Assembly: GCA_945878135.1 (NCBI GenBank)
Contig: CAMDUL010000003.1
Span: forward strand, 5,972 to 69,971
Length of the DNA stretch: 64,000 nt
From: Chthoniobacter flavus
Lineage (GTDB): Bacteria > Verrucomicrobiota > Verrucomicrobiia > Chthoniobacterales > JACTMZ01
Reading direction: 5' to 3'
Shown here: piece by piece, positions 28,927-39,930 of the stretch
How the letters are laid out: the number at the start of each line of letters is the position of its first letter
Position numbering within the stretch: position 1 is the first letter of the stretch
Notes under the pieces: generated by a model
Told to the model about the DNA's origin: nothing
What the model saw: only the letters and a program-made list of their open reading frames with translations
Database searches by the model: none
Translations under genes and position numbers: made by a program

Positions 28927-29838
28927 TCAGAAAACGCGCGGTTCCCCCTCGCGCAGGAAACAGACCCGTTCGAGCAAGCCTTGCGCACCCGCGCATTCGA
29001 TGAGGCGCGAAGGCGGTTCCCACGCCGGTTCGTAGCTGAGCCGGAACGTCCCGTAATGCATGGGCACAAAAGTCTGCGCGCCCAACTCGACGAAGGCCTG
29101 CAGCGCATCTTCCGGTGTCATATGCACCTCCCGCCCGCTCGGCGGGTCGTAAGCACCGATCGGCAGGAGTGCGATCTCCACAGGCAGCCGTTTCCCGATT
29201 TCCGCGAAGCCCGGAAAATACGCACTGTCCCCGCAATGGAGAATGGAACGCCCCTCCACCTCGATGAGAAACCCGCCGAAACCGCGGTGCACATCCGCCA
29301 GCATCCGCGCACCCCAATGGTGCGCCGGCGTCATGGTCACCTTGACCGGACCCAATTGCATCGACTCCCACACCTCCAGTTCGTGCACCCGGTCGAAGCC
29401 CAGCCCGTGCACCAAGCGCCCGACATTGCGCGGCACGACGATCGGTTGCTCGGCCGCCACCTTGCGCAGCGTGCGCTTGTCCAAGTGGTCGAAGTGCGCG
29501 TGCGTGATGAGCACCGCGTCGATGTCGGGCAAGGCATGCAACTCCAAACCCGGCTCGCGCATGCGCTTGATCACCTTCAGCCACCGCGCCCAATTCGGGT
29601 CGATGAGCAAGTTGACCCCCGGGGCCTGCAACAAAAACGAGGCGTGCCCGATCCACGTCAGTGCCACTTGGCCGGATTTCAACTGAGGAAACTCCGGCGT
29701 ACGCCGCTCCCCCGTGCGCCGCTCGAACAAGCTAGGCCAGACCACCTCGGCCAAAAAGTTCCGCTTGTGCCAGCCCTCCGCCGGTTTAAGCCCCACATGG
29801 TTGCCCGGTTTGCCCTCCCGCAGACGGGGCAAAATCAT
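28927..29838 (-). CDS. MBL-fold metallo-hydrolase (NAPE-PLD-like)
   Basis: TWIGHASFLL, THAHFDHLD, GDSAY and PMHYGTF; start uncertain. Confidence 0.85.
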   Translation of the reverse strand: MILPRLREGKPGNHVGLKPAEGWHKRNFLAEVVWPSLFERRTGERRTPEFPQLKSGQVALTWIGHASFLLQAPGVNLLIDPNWARWLKVIKRMREPGLELHALPDIDAVLITHAHFDHLDKRTLRKVAAEQPIVVPRNVGRLVHGLGFDRVHELEVWESMQLGPVKVTMTPAHHWGARMLADVHRGFGGFLIEVEGRSILHCGDSAYFPGFAEIGKRLPVEIALLPIGAYDPPSGREVHMTPEDALQAFVELGAQTFVPMHYGTFRLSYEPAWEPPSRLIECAGAQGLLERVCFLREGEPRVF

Positions 29839-29898
29839 CCTCCGCTTGCGCACGGGCTTGTCTGGTTTCTCGGCAGCGCTCACCTTGGCTAATATCCT

Positions 29899-30447
29899 AT
29901 GCCCTCCCCGGCCAAAACAGAACTCCGCCGCCGCATGCGCGCCGAGCTTGCCCGGATGACTCCCGCTGCCTGTGCAGCCGCCTCGGAAAGCATCCGCACG
30001 AGTATCCCATCCCTTGCGCGCTGGCAAGACGCACGGGTTGTCGCCGCCTTCGCCGCACTGCCCGGCGAACCCGATTTGCATCCTTTGCACTGGGAACGAT
30101 CGAAATCCGTCCTCCTCCCCCGCACCGATGGAGAAAACTTGATCTTCCACCGTGTGGAAGACACCGCGCAACTCAAACCGGGCGCTTTCGGAGTTCTCGA
30201 ACCCGATCCGGCACAATGCCCCATCGCCGATCCCGCCACCGCCAGCCTCATTTTCATCCCCGGCCTCGCCTTCACCCCGGATGGGCGCCGCCTCGGACGC
30301 GGTCGCGGCTACTACGACCGTCTTCTCTCCACCCTGCCAAGATCAGTTGTGCGTGTCGGCACATGCTTCGCCGTTCAGATGGTCGCCGCAATTCCTGAGG
30401 AACCCCACGACGAATCCGTCGACCTCGTGCTCAGCTCGCCAGCTTGA
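29899..30447 (+). CDS. 5-formyltetrahydrofolate cyclo-ligase
   Basis: KTELRRRM, IPGLAF...GRRLGRGRGYYDR and EPHD..VD. Confidence 0.92.
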   Translation: MPSPAKTELRRRMRAELARMTPAACAAASESIRTSIPSLARWQDARVVAAFAALPGEPDLHPLHWERSKSVLLPRTDGENLIFHRVEDTAQLKPGAFGVLEPDPAQCPIADPATASLIFIPGLAFTPDGRRLGRGRGYYDRLLSTLPRSVVRVGTCFAVQMVAAIPEEPHDESVDLVLSSPA

Positions 30448-30859
30448 AACCGAACGCCGTGAGCACGGCGAAGAGCAAACACCAGGGCGCCACCCCCAGG
30501 GCAATGGCCAAGGCAATACGCGGCGCCCGCTCGCCCACCGCCAAGGCAATGACCGCCGTGGCCTGCGGACCGATCGTCACCGGCGCGATCAAACACAATC
30601 CCCACAAACCGCCCCGCTCCCACATCCGCCAAACCAATTTCGAAGAATCCCGCTCCACCGGAATCTTCAACTTGCGCACCAGCCACTCCCGCAAGGGCGC
30701 ACCCGCCACCAAGACAACTCCCCCACCTGCCACATACCCCGCCCAAGCCGCCAAACCGGCCAACCAAGACGGAGCCCCCGCCGCCGCCCCCGCAGGGATC
30801 GCCGCGACGAAATAAACCACCCCCAACCCGAAGGCCGTGATCAAACCGCTCCAACTCAT
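30431..30859 (-). CDS. Small membrane protein (small multidrug export-like)
   Basis: Hydrophobic helices; GLWGLCLIAPVTIG pattern. Confidence 0.55.
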   Translation of the reverse strand: MSWSGLITAFGLGVVYFVAAIPAGAAAGAPSWLAGLAAWAGYVAGGGVVLVAGAPLREWLVRKLKIPVERDSSKLVWRMWERGGLWGLCLIAPVTIGPQATAVIALAVGERAPRIALAIALGVAPWCLLFAVLTAFGFKLAS

Positions 30860-30898
30860 CGACTCCCACCATACCCGAATCCCGCGGAATTTCACACT

Positions 30899-30966
30899 TG
30901 TAGCGTCGCCGTCCCCGGCGACGGCCGTTTCCGAAGACAACCGGCGGCGGCGGCGCCGCCGCTACA
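30899..30966. repeat. REP doublet (REPIN-like) with TGTAGCG...CGCTACA inverted termini
   Basis: Two GC-rich palindromes in inverted orientation, each with a GTAG foot, lying between divergent genes. Confidence 0.7.
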
Positions 30967-30980
30967 GCTCCACTCAAGTT

Positions 30981-31016
30981 TCCGCCCTCTCTGCGTTCTC
31001 TGCGCCCTCTACGGTT
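30981..31016 (+). repeat. Imperfect 9-mer tandem repeat (TCTGCGTTC/TCTGCGCCC/TCTACGGTT)
   Basis: Three to four units upstream of cca. Confidence 0.55.
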
Positions 31017-31056
31017 TCCATCTCCCACCCCACCCGATAGACTCCCACCATCACCG

Positions 31057-32373
31057 ATGGATCCGAAATCCGCCGCCACTGACATCGCCCGCCGCCTCCA
31101 AGAGGCCGGCCACACCGCGTATTTCGCCGGCGGCTGCGTGCGCGACGAACTTCTCGGACTCGACCCGCACGACTATGACATTGCCACCTCGGCCAAACCG
31201 GCCGAAGTGCGGGAACTTTTCCCCCACACCCAGGCCGTCGGCGCCCACTTCGGCGTAATCCTCGTCATGGAACACGGCCGTGCTTTCGAAGTGGCCACCT
31301 TCCGCTCCGACCACGAATACCTCGACGGACGCCGCCCGGAGATGGTCACGTTCTCCACCCCCGAAGACGACGCCGCGCGGCGCGATTTCACCATCAACGG
31401 CATGTTCCACGATCCGGTGGCGGAGAAATTCATCGACTTCGTCGGCGGCCGCGTAGATCTCGCCTCGCAAACCCTCCGCGCCATCGGCGATCCCGTGGCC
31501 CGCCTCCGCGAAGACAAACTCCGCCTCCTCCGCGCCGTGCGCTTCGCCGCCCGTTTCGGCTACGAGATCGATCCGGCCACGTGGGATGCGATCAAAGCGC
31601 ACGCCGCCGACATTCATGCAGTCAGCGCCGAACGCATCCGTGAGGAACTGGTCAAGATCCTCGCCCATCCCAACCGCGTCCGCGGTTTCGATCTCCTCGA
31701 TCAAAGCGGACTCCTCAAAGAAATCCTCCCCGAGATCGAAACCCTCAAAGGCTGCGAACAACCCGCCCAATTCCATCCCGAAGGCGATGTCTTCGTCCAC
31801 ACCCGAGCCATGCTCGAACTTCTCCCGCCCGAGGCACCGGCCAGCCTCGCACTCGCCGTTCTCTTCCACGACATCGGCAAGCCCCCGACCTTCCGCTACC
31901 ACGCCGATGAAGACCGCATCCGTTTCAGCGGACACGACCGCGTCGGTGCCTCCATGACCGAAAAACTGATGGAGCGACTCCGCTTCTCCCGTCACGACAT
32001 CGACCGCGTGTCGGAAGCCGTCCGCCAGCACATGGTCTTCAAGGACGTGCAAAACATGCGCACCGCCAAATTGAAGCGCTTCATGGCCCGCGAGGGATTC
32101 GATGAGGAACTCGAACTCCACCGCGTCGACTGTCAGAGCAGCCATGGCGCCCTCGACAACTACGATTTCCTCAAAACCAAAGCGGAAGAATTCGCCAACG
32201 AACCTCTCATCCCGCCCCCGCTCCTCACCGGCCACGACCTCATGGCCCTCGGCTGGAAACCCGGCCCCCACTTCGGCCCCGTTTTGGAGGCCGTGCAAAC
32301 CGCCCAACTCGAAGGCACGCTCACCACGGCTGAAGAAGCCATCGCGTGGATCAAAGCAAACCACCCCTTATGA
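31057..32373 (+). CDS. cca: CCA tRNA nucleotidyltransferase with HD domain
   Basis: GGCVRD, DYDIAT, RRDFTING, EDKLRLLRAVRF and HDIGKP; lacks the poly(A) polymerase G(RK)RF signature. Confidence 0.85.
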   Translation: MDPKSAATDIARRLQEAGHTAYFAGGCVRDELLGLDPHDYDIATSAKPAEVRELFPHTQAVGAHFGVILVMEHGRAFEVATFRSDHEYLDGRRPEMVTFSTPEDDAARRDFTINGMFHDPVAEKFIDFVGGRVDLASQTLRAIGDPVARLREDKLRLLRAVRFAARFGYEIDPATWDAIKAHAADIHAVSAERIREELVKILAHPNRVRGFDLLDQSGLLKEILPEIETLKGCEQPAQFHPEGDVFVHTRAMLELLPPEAPASLALAVLFHDIGKPPTFRYHADEDRIRFSGHDRVGASMTEKLMERLRFSRHDIDRVSEAVRQHMVFKDVQNMRTAKLKRFMAREGFDEELELHRVDCQSSHGALDNYDFLKTKAEEFANEPLIPPPLLTGHDLMALGWKPGPHFGPVLEAVQTAQLEGTLTTAEEAIAWIKANHPL

Positions 32374-32402
32374 GCCGAGCGAAAGCGAGACAGCCCCTAG
32401 GC

Positions 32403-32430
32403 AAATCTCAGATTTCAAATTTGAAATCCC
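32403..32430 (+). repeat. Heptamer array 1: AAATCTC AGATTTC AAATTTG AAATCCC
   Basis: Read directly; ends 7 nt before the four-helix-bundle ATG. Confidence 0.85.
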
Positions 32431-32437
32431 CAAGGCC

Positions 32438-32947
32438 ATGACCTACCAGTCCTTCGAAGATTTGCCGGTTTGGAACGCCGCCATCGAACTGGCCGAGGGC
32501 TGCGAGGATTTTCTGTCCGCGGCCAAAGACCGGATTAGTTGGTCGAAGCGGGACCAATTGGAACGCGCTTCCCTCTCCGTCTCCAACAATATCGCGGAAG
32601 GCTTCGAGCGCGGGACGACTAACGAGCTCCTCAACTTCCTCTACATCGCCCGCGGCTCGGCCGGAGAAGTCCGATCGATGCTCACTTACTTCGAAAGACG
32701 CCCCGCGCTGAAAGATTTCAAATCTCAAATTTCTAATCTGAAATCCCAGGCCGAGTCCTGCTCCCGCCAGCTCCGCGCTTGGGCAGAATCGCTCCAAAAC
32801 TCCCCCATCAAAGGCCAACGCCACCTCAACAACGCCGAACGCAATCGCCACGAGCAGAAGAAAAAGGCCGACGCCTTTATCGAGAGGCTCAACGCGGCCT
32901 TGCCCGATGGACACCCGGCCAAAAAGCAGCCCAAACGCTCTATCTGA
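32438..32947 (+). CDS. Four helix bundle protein (IVS-encoded/Avd-like superfamily)
   Basis: YQSFEDLPVWNAAIELA, DQLERASLSVSNNIAEGFER, FLYIARGSAGEVRS pattern. Confidence 0.9.
   Translation: MTYQSFEDLPVWNAAIELAEGCEDFLSAAKDRISWSKRDQLERASLSVSNNIAEGFERGTTNELLNFLYIARGSAGEVRSMLTYFERRPALKDFKSQISNLKSQAESCSRQLRAWAESLQNSPIKGQRHLNNAERNRHEQKKKADAFIERLNAALPDGHPAKKQPKRSI
32713..32747 (+). repeat. Heptamer array 2 (in frame within the four-helix-bundle CDS, DFKSQISNLKS)
   Basis: AGATTTC AAATCTC AAATTTC TAATCTG AAATCCC. Confidence 0.85.
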
Positions 32948-32967
32948 AATCTCAAATCTGAAATTTC
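32940..32967 (+). repeat. Heptamer array 3 (contains the four-helix-bundle stop codon)
   Basis: CTATCTG AAATCTC AAATCTG AAATTTC; ends 7 nt before the udg ATG. Confidence 0.85.
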
Positions 32968-32974
32968 CCCAACC

Positions 32975-33763
32975 ATGTCCTCTCTCCAAGAAGCCACCGC
33001 ACTCCTCGAGCAATCCCTGCGCACGCGCCGGTCTCTCCTCGGCCGCACCCGCCCCAGCGTGACCCGCGATTCCCTCGAACGCCTGACCGAAACCCGCCCA
33101 CGACAACGATCTGAAATTTCAAATCTGAAATCTGAAATGCCTCGTTCCGCGCGTCTTGCCGCGCTGAACGAGGCCGTCCGCGCGTGCCGCCAATGCGAGC
33201 ACCTCGCCGCCTCCCGCACCCAAACCGTCTTCGGCGCCGGCAACCCCGACGCCGACCTCATGTTCGTTGGCGAAGCTCCCGGCTTCGACGAGGACAAGAA
33301 AGGCGAACCCTTCGTCGGTCCCGCCGGCGAACTGCTGACCAAAATCATCACCGCCATGGGCCTGACCCGCGATGATGTCTACATCGCCAACGTCCTCAAA
33401 TGCCGCCCCGACATGCCCAAGGGCTCCCCCGGCAATCGTCCGCCCGAACCACTCGAGATGCAACGCTGCCTCCCCTACCTCCGCGAACAAATCGCCATCA
33501 TCCAACCCCGCATCCTCGTCGCCCTCGGCAAAACCGCCATGGCAGGACTCACCGGGCGCGATGAAGCCATGGGCGCGATGCGCGGCCGTTGGTTCACCTT
33601 CGAAAACATCCCGCTCCTCGCGACCTACCATCCGTCCTATCTCCTGCGCAACGGCTCCATGTCCGAGAAACGCAAAGTCTGGGAGGACATGCTCCTTGTC
33701 ATGGAAAAACTCAGCCTGCCCATTTCGGAAAAACAACGCGGCTTTTTCCGCACCGCTTCCTGA
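32975..33763 (+). CDS. udg: Uracil-DNA glycosylase family 4
   Basis: CRQCEHL, MFVGEAPG, EPFVGPAG, NVLKCRP, C.PYL and HPSYLLR. Confidence 0.92.
   Translation: MSSLQEATALLEQSLRTRRSLLGRTRPSVTRDSLERLTETRPRQRSEISNLKSEMPRSARLAALNEAVRACRQCEHLAASRTQTVFGAGNPDADLMFVGEAPGFDEDKKGEPFVGPAGELLTKIITAMGLTRDDVYIANVLKCRPDMPKGSPGNRPPEPLEMQRCLPYLREQIAIIQPRILVALGKTAMAGLTGRDEAMGAMRGRWFTFENIPLLATYHPSYLLRNGSMSEKRKVWEDMLLVMEKLSLPISEKQRGFFRTAS
33107..33141 (+). repeat. Heptamer array 4 (in frame in the UDG N-terminal linker, RSEISNLKSEM)
   Basis: CGATCTG AAATTTC AAATCTG AAATCTG AAATGCC. Confidence 0.85.
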
Positions 33764-33779
33764 ATTGAAAGATCCGCGC

Positions 33780-34481
33780 ATGGTCTCCGCCACCGGCTAT
33801 TACCTCGGCGCGCACTTTTTCCGCATCGTCCTGGCCCCCTTCACCCGCCGCCGCGTCCTCGGCGAACACCACATTCCGCACACCGGCCCGGCCGTCCTCG
33901 CCCCCAACCACATCAGCCACTTCGACCCGCCCCTCCTCGGCATCAGCGCGGACCGCCAGGTCGATTGGATGGCCATGGAGGAACTTTTCCAAAACCCCCT
34001 CCTCGCCCGCATCCTCCGCTGGGTCGGATCATTTCCCGTGGGTCGCGGCAAGATGGACTACGCCGCCGTGCGCACCGCCATCGAACGCCTCAAAATCGGC
34101 CGCATGGTCGGCGTCTTTCCCGAAGGCGGGCTCCGCACCGGCCCGGCCTCGGTCCTTGAAGGCGCCCCGCTCAAACCCGGCGTGGCCGCCCTCGCCCAAA
34201 TGACCCAAGCACCCGTCATTCCCTGCGCCGTCATCGGCACCGACGCCCTCTACAATCCCGCCCGCTGGCTCCCCTGGCGCCAGACCAAAGTCTGGATCGT
34301 CTTCGGCCCGCCGCTCCATCCGCCCGCCGCCACCGGCGACAAGGCCGCCGCCCGCCAAGCTTTCGACGAAAAACTCGGCCAAACCATCCGCGACCTCTAC
34401 CACCGCACGATCCGGGAAGAAAGCATCCCCGCCGATTGCCTCCCGCAAACCCCGCAAAAACGCAAAGGCCGCGAGCTATGA
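33780..34481 (+). CDS. 1-acyl-sn-glycerol-3-phosphate acyltransferase-like (PlsC family)
   Basis: NHISHFDP (HX4D) and FPEGG motifs. Confidence 0.88.
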   Translation: MVSATGYYLGAHFFRIVLAPFTRRRVLGEHHIPHTGPAVLAPNHISHFDPPLLGISADRQVDWMAMEELFQNPLLARILRWVGSFPVGRGKMDYAAVRTAIERLKIGRMVGVFPEGGLRTGPASVLEGAPLKPGVAALAQMTQAPVIPCAVIGTDALYNPARWLPWRQTKVWIVFGPPLHPPAATGDKAAARQAFDEKLGQTIRDLYHRTIREESIPADCLPQTPQKRKGREL

Positions 34482-35437
34482 CATTCCTCCGCCGCCCCTG
34501 GGCCCGCGTGACCGACACGTCGACCTGCGCCCTGCTCAACCTCGCCCAATGGCGTCACCGCCGCCACGCCACGACACGCGAGGAACTCGAAGCCTACCTC
34601 GCCGCCTGCCAACCCCTCAGCGCCGGCATCTTCTACGCCGCACCACCCCTCGAGCCCCTCGAAGAATCCCCGCACCACCTCGTCTGGCCGACACCCCATA
34701 CCAGCGGCCACGATCACAACGACCGCGCCTCCGCCTGGCTCCAGCCGTGCGAACGCGGATGGTCCGCCCCGACCGTCCTCATCCTCCACGCCCTCATGTC
34801 GGTCAACGATCTCGGCTACCGCCGCCTCGCCGCAAAGTTCAACGCCCTCGGGTGGAACGCCGTCTTCCTTCATCTCCCTTTCCACTACGACCGCCGTCCG
34901 CCCGGTTACCTCAACGGCGAACTCGCCGTCACCGCCGACCTTGTCCGCAATGGCGAAGGACTCCGTCAAGGCGTCAGCGAACTCCGCCAACTCATGCAAT
35001 GGCTCCGCACCCGCGGCTGCCGCGAATTCGGCATCTACGGCACAAGTTACGGCGCGTGGACCGGCGCCCTCCTCGCCTCGCTGGAAAACGACATCTCGTT
35101 CATCGCCCTCCTCCAGCCCATCGCCGACGTCGAGCACGCCATCTGGCAAAGCCCCGCCGGCGCCACCATCCGCCGCCTCTTGCACCGCAACGGCATCGAC
35201 AGCGCTATGACAAAGCGCCACGCCCATTTGAGTTCACCCCTCCATGTGCGCCCCACGACCGACCCGGACCGCATCATCCTGGCGATCGGCGCGTATGACC
35301 GCATTGCCCCTCCCGACCGCGTCGAAGCCCTCGCCGAGGCATGGCAAACCACCCGCCTCCTCACCAGCCCCCAAGGCCACTTCGGCTACGTCGCCGCCCG
35401 CGACATGTTCGCCGCCGTGAGCGAAATCATCGCCTGA
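34478..35437 (+). CDS. Alpha/beta hydrolase
   Basis: GTSYG nucleophile motif, Asp in AYDRIAP, His in QGHFG; ATGA overlap with the upstream gene. Confidence 0.75.
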   Translation: MTFLRRPWARVTDTSTCALLNLAQWRHRRHATTREELEAYLAACQPLSAGIFYAAPPLEPLEESPHHLVWPTPHTSGHDHNDRASAWLQPCERGWSAPTVLILHALMSVNDLGYRRLAAKFNALGWNAVFLHLPFHYDRRPPGYLNGELAVTADLVRNGEGLRQGVSELRQLMQWLRTRGCREFGIYGTSYGAWTGALLASLENDISFIALLQPIADVEHAIWQSPAGATIRRLLHRNGIDSAMTKRHAHLSSPLHVRPTTDPDRIILAIGAYDRIAPPDRVEALAEAWQTTRLLTSPQGHFGYVAARDMFAAVSEIIA

Positions 35438-35456
35438 ACCCGTGACGCGCCATAAT

Positions 35457-35484
35457 ATCTCGACCCTCATCCCTCAACCCTCAA
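35457..35484 (+). repeat. Heptamer array ATCTCGA CCCTCAT CCCTCAA CCCTCAA
   Basis: Same family as 3050-3077; ends 8 nt before the downstream ATG. Confidence 0.7.
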
Positions 35485-35492
35485 CTCCTCCA

Positions 35493-36158
35493 ATGCTCGC
35501 CGTCATCACCACCGGACCCGCTGCCGCGCCGATCGACGAGGTGCGCCAGATCAGCAACTTCGCCACCGGCGAAATCGGCACGCTTTTGGCCGAAGCCCTC
35601 GTCACCCACGGTTTCGAACCCCTCCTCTTCCGCGCCCGCGGCGCCACGCACACCGCCCTTCCGGACGGCGCGCTGCTCCGCGAGTTTACCACCAACCACG
35701 ATCTCGCCCGCCAACTCGAGAAATTCGCGAGCACCCGCGCCCCCGACATCCGCGCCGTCTTCCATGCGGCGGCACTCTCCGACTACGCCGTTGCCGCGGT
35801 GCGCGGACCCGACGACTCCCCGGTCAGCGTCCGCAAAATCCCCGGCGACCTTCCCCAACTTCATCTCGTGCTCGAACCCGCACCGAAAATCCTCCCGCAT
35901 CTCCGCGCCTGGTTTCCCGGGGCGTGGATCGCCGGATGGAAATACGAACTCGAGGCCTCGCGCGAAGACGCCATCGAAATCGCCCGCGCCCAACTCGCGT
36001 CTAACCACACCGATGCCACCATCATCAACGGCACGGCCTACGGACCCGGCTTCGGCCTGCTCGAGGACGATCAACCGCCCGTCCATTTCGCTACCAAGCG
36101 CGAACTGGCTCAATTTCTGGCCTCGCGGGCCTCAACGTTTGCCAAGTCCCATAAATAA
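35493..36158 (+). CDS. coaB: Stand-alone CoaB-like phosphopantothenate-cysteine ligase (DFP C-terminal domain)
   Basis: ITTGP....IDEVRQISNFATG, FHAAALSDY and GWKYE motifs. Confidence 0.75.
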   Translation: MLAVITTGPAAAPIDEVRQISNFATGEIGTLLAEALVTHGFEPLLFRARGATHTALPDGALLREFTTNHDLARQLEKFASTRAPDIRAVFHAAALSDYAVAAVRGPDDSPVSVRKIPGDLPQLHLVLEPAPKILPHLRAWFPGAWIAGWKYELEASREDAIEIARAQLASNHTDATIINGTAYGPGFGLLEDDQPPVHFATKRELAQFLASRASTFAKSHK

Positions 36159-36290
36159 AGGCCTCGCGGACCTCGCCGTTGTGAATAAGTCACCTCACCG
36201 CGTCTGATCACTGCAGTTGACATCGGCAAAAGTCGTTGATTACCAACGGATAAACTTTTTTGCTGATTGTCGCAAAAAATCCCTTTTCCA

Positions 36291-36337
36291 CCCCCACAGA
36301 TTGTGGCTTTATAGGTGGGTTCGCCCACCTATAGTGG
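36291..36337. promoter_or_regulatory. Tandem NrdR-box-like sites
   Basis: CCCCCACAGATTGTGG (36291-36306) and CGCCCACCTATAGTGG (36322-36337), 31 bp apart, upstream of the RNR gene; resemble acaCwAtATaTwGtg. Confidence 0.7.
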
Positions 36338-36413
36338 TGTCGGGCCTGCCGGTGATCTCCCCCAAGGGTTGACTGGTTGGCGCAAAACCCTCCCCCAAAA
36401 GAGACAAGATTCT

Positions 36414-39563
<3,150 letters not shown>

Positions 39564-39596
39564 AAAACCTGTTGCGCGATTTCGCGCACCAAACCG

Positions 39597-39630
39597 AGCC
39601 CGGGGAAGCAATTCCCCGGGCTTTCCTTTT
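39597..39630 (+). terminator. Intrinsic terminator after nrdJ
   Basis: AGCCCGGGGAA-GCAA-TTCCCCGGGCT followed by TTCCTTTT. Confidence 0.85.
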
Positions 39631-39672
39631 CGCCGGTTTGACAGAGACATGGTGAAGCATCATGATGCTGTT

Positions 39673-39930
39673 GTGAGAACGACTTTAAACATCAGTGATG
39701 CTTTGCTCGAGGAACTGCGTGTCCGAGCCCACGAAGCCGGACGCCCGATGAATGCGACCATCGAGGAAGTTCTCCGCCGCGGGCTGGCCGCCAAGACCCC
39801 GACGCGCAAAGCCGTCCAAACGAAAACATTCAAGGTCGGTATCAAGCCCGCCTATCTCGGGATGAGCATGAACCAGCTTTACGACCAGCTTGAAGCGGAG
39901 GACACCCTCAAGGTCGCGGACAACAGGTGA
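39673..39930 (+). CDS. vapB: VapB-like ribbon-helix-helix antitoxin
   Basis: RTTLNISDALLEELR...IEEVLRRGL; GTGA overlap with the PIN gene. Confidence 0.8.
   Translation: MRTTLNISDALLEELRVRAHEAGRPMNATIEEVLRRGLAAKTPTRKAVQTKTFKVGIKPAYLGMSMNQLYDQLEAEDTLKVADNR

Noticed and set aside
29838-29899. 6S RNA upstream of 5-formyl-THF cyclo-ligase
   Set aside because: The intergenic gap is only about 60 nt and shared with a divergent gene, too short for a roughly 180-nt 6S RNA.
31057-32373. Poly(A) polymerase call
   Set aside because: Lacks the PAP signature loop and has an HD domain; both tRNAs in the window lack encoded CCA, consistent with a CCA enzyme.
32400-33150. Diversity-generating retroelement suggested by the Avd-like four-helix-bundle protein
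   Set aside because: No reverse transcriptase and no TR/VR repeat pair seen in the window; the repeats are 7-mers, not about 100-bp adenine-variant duplicates.
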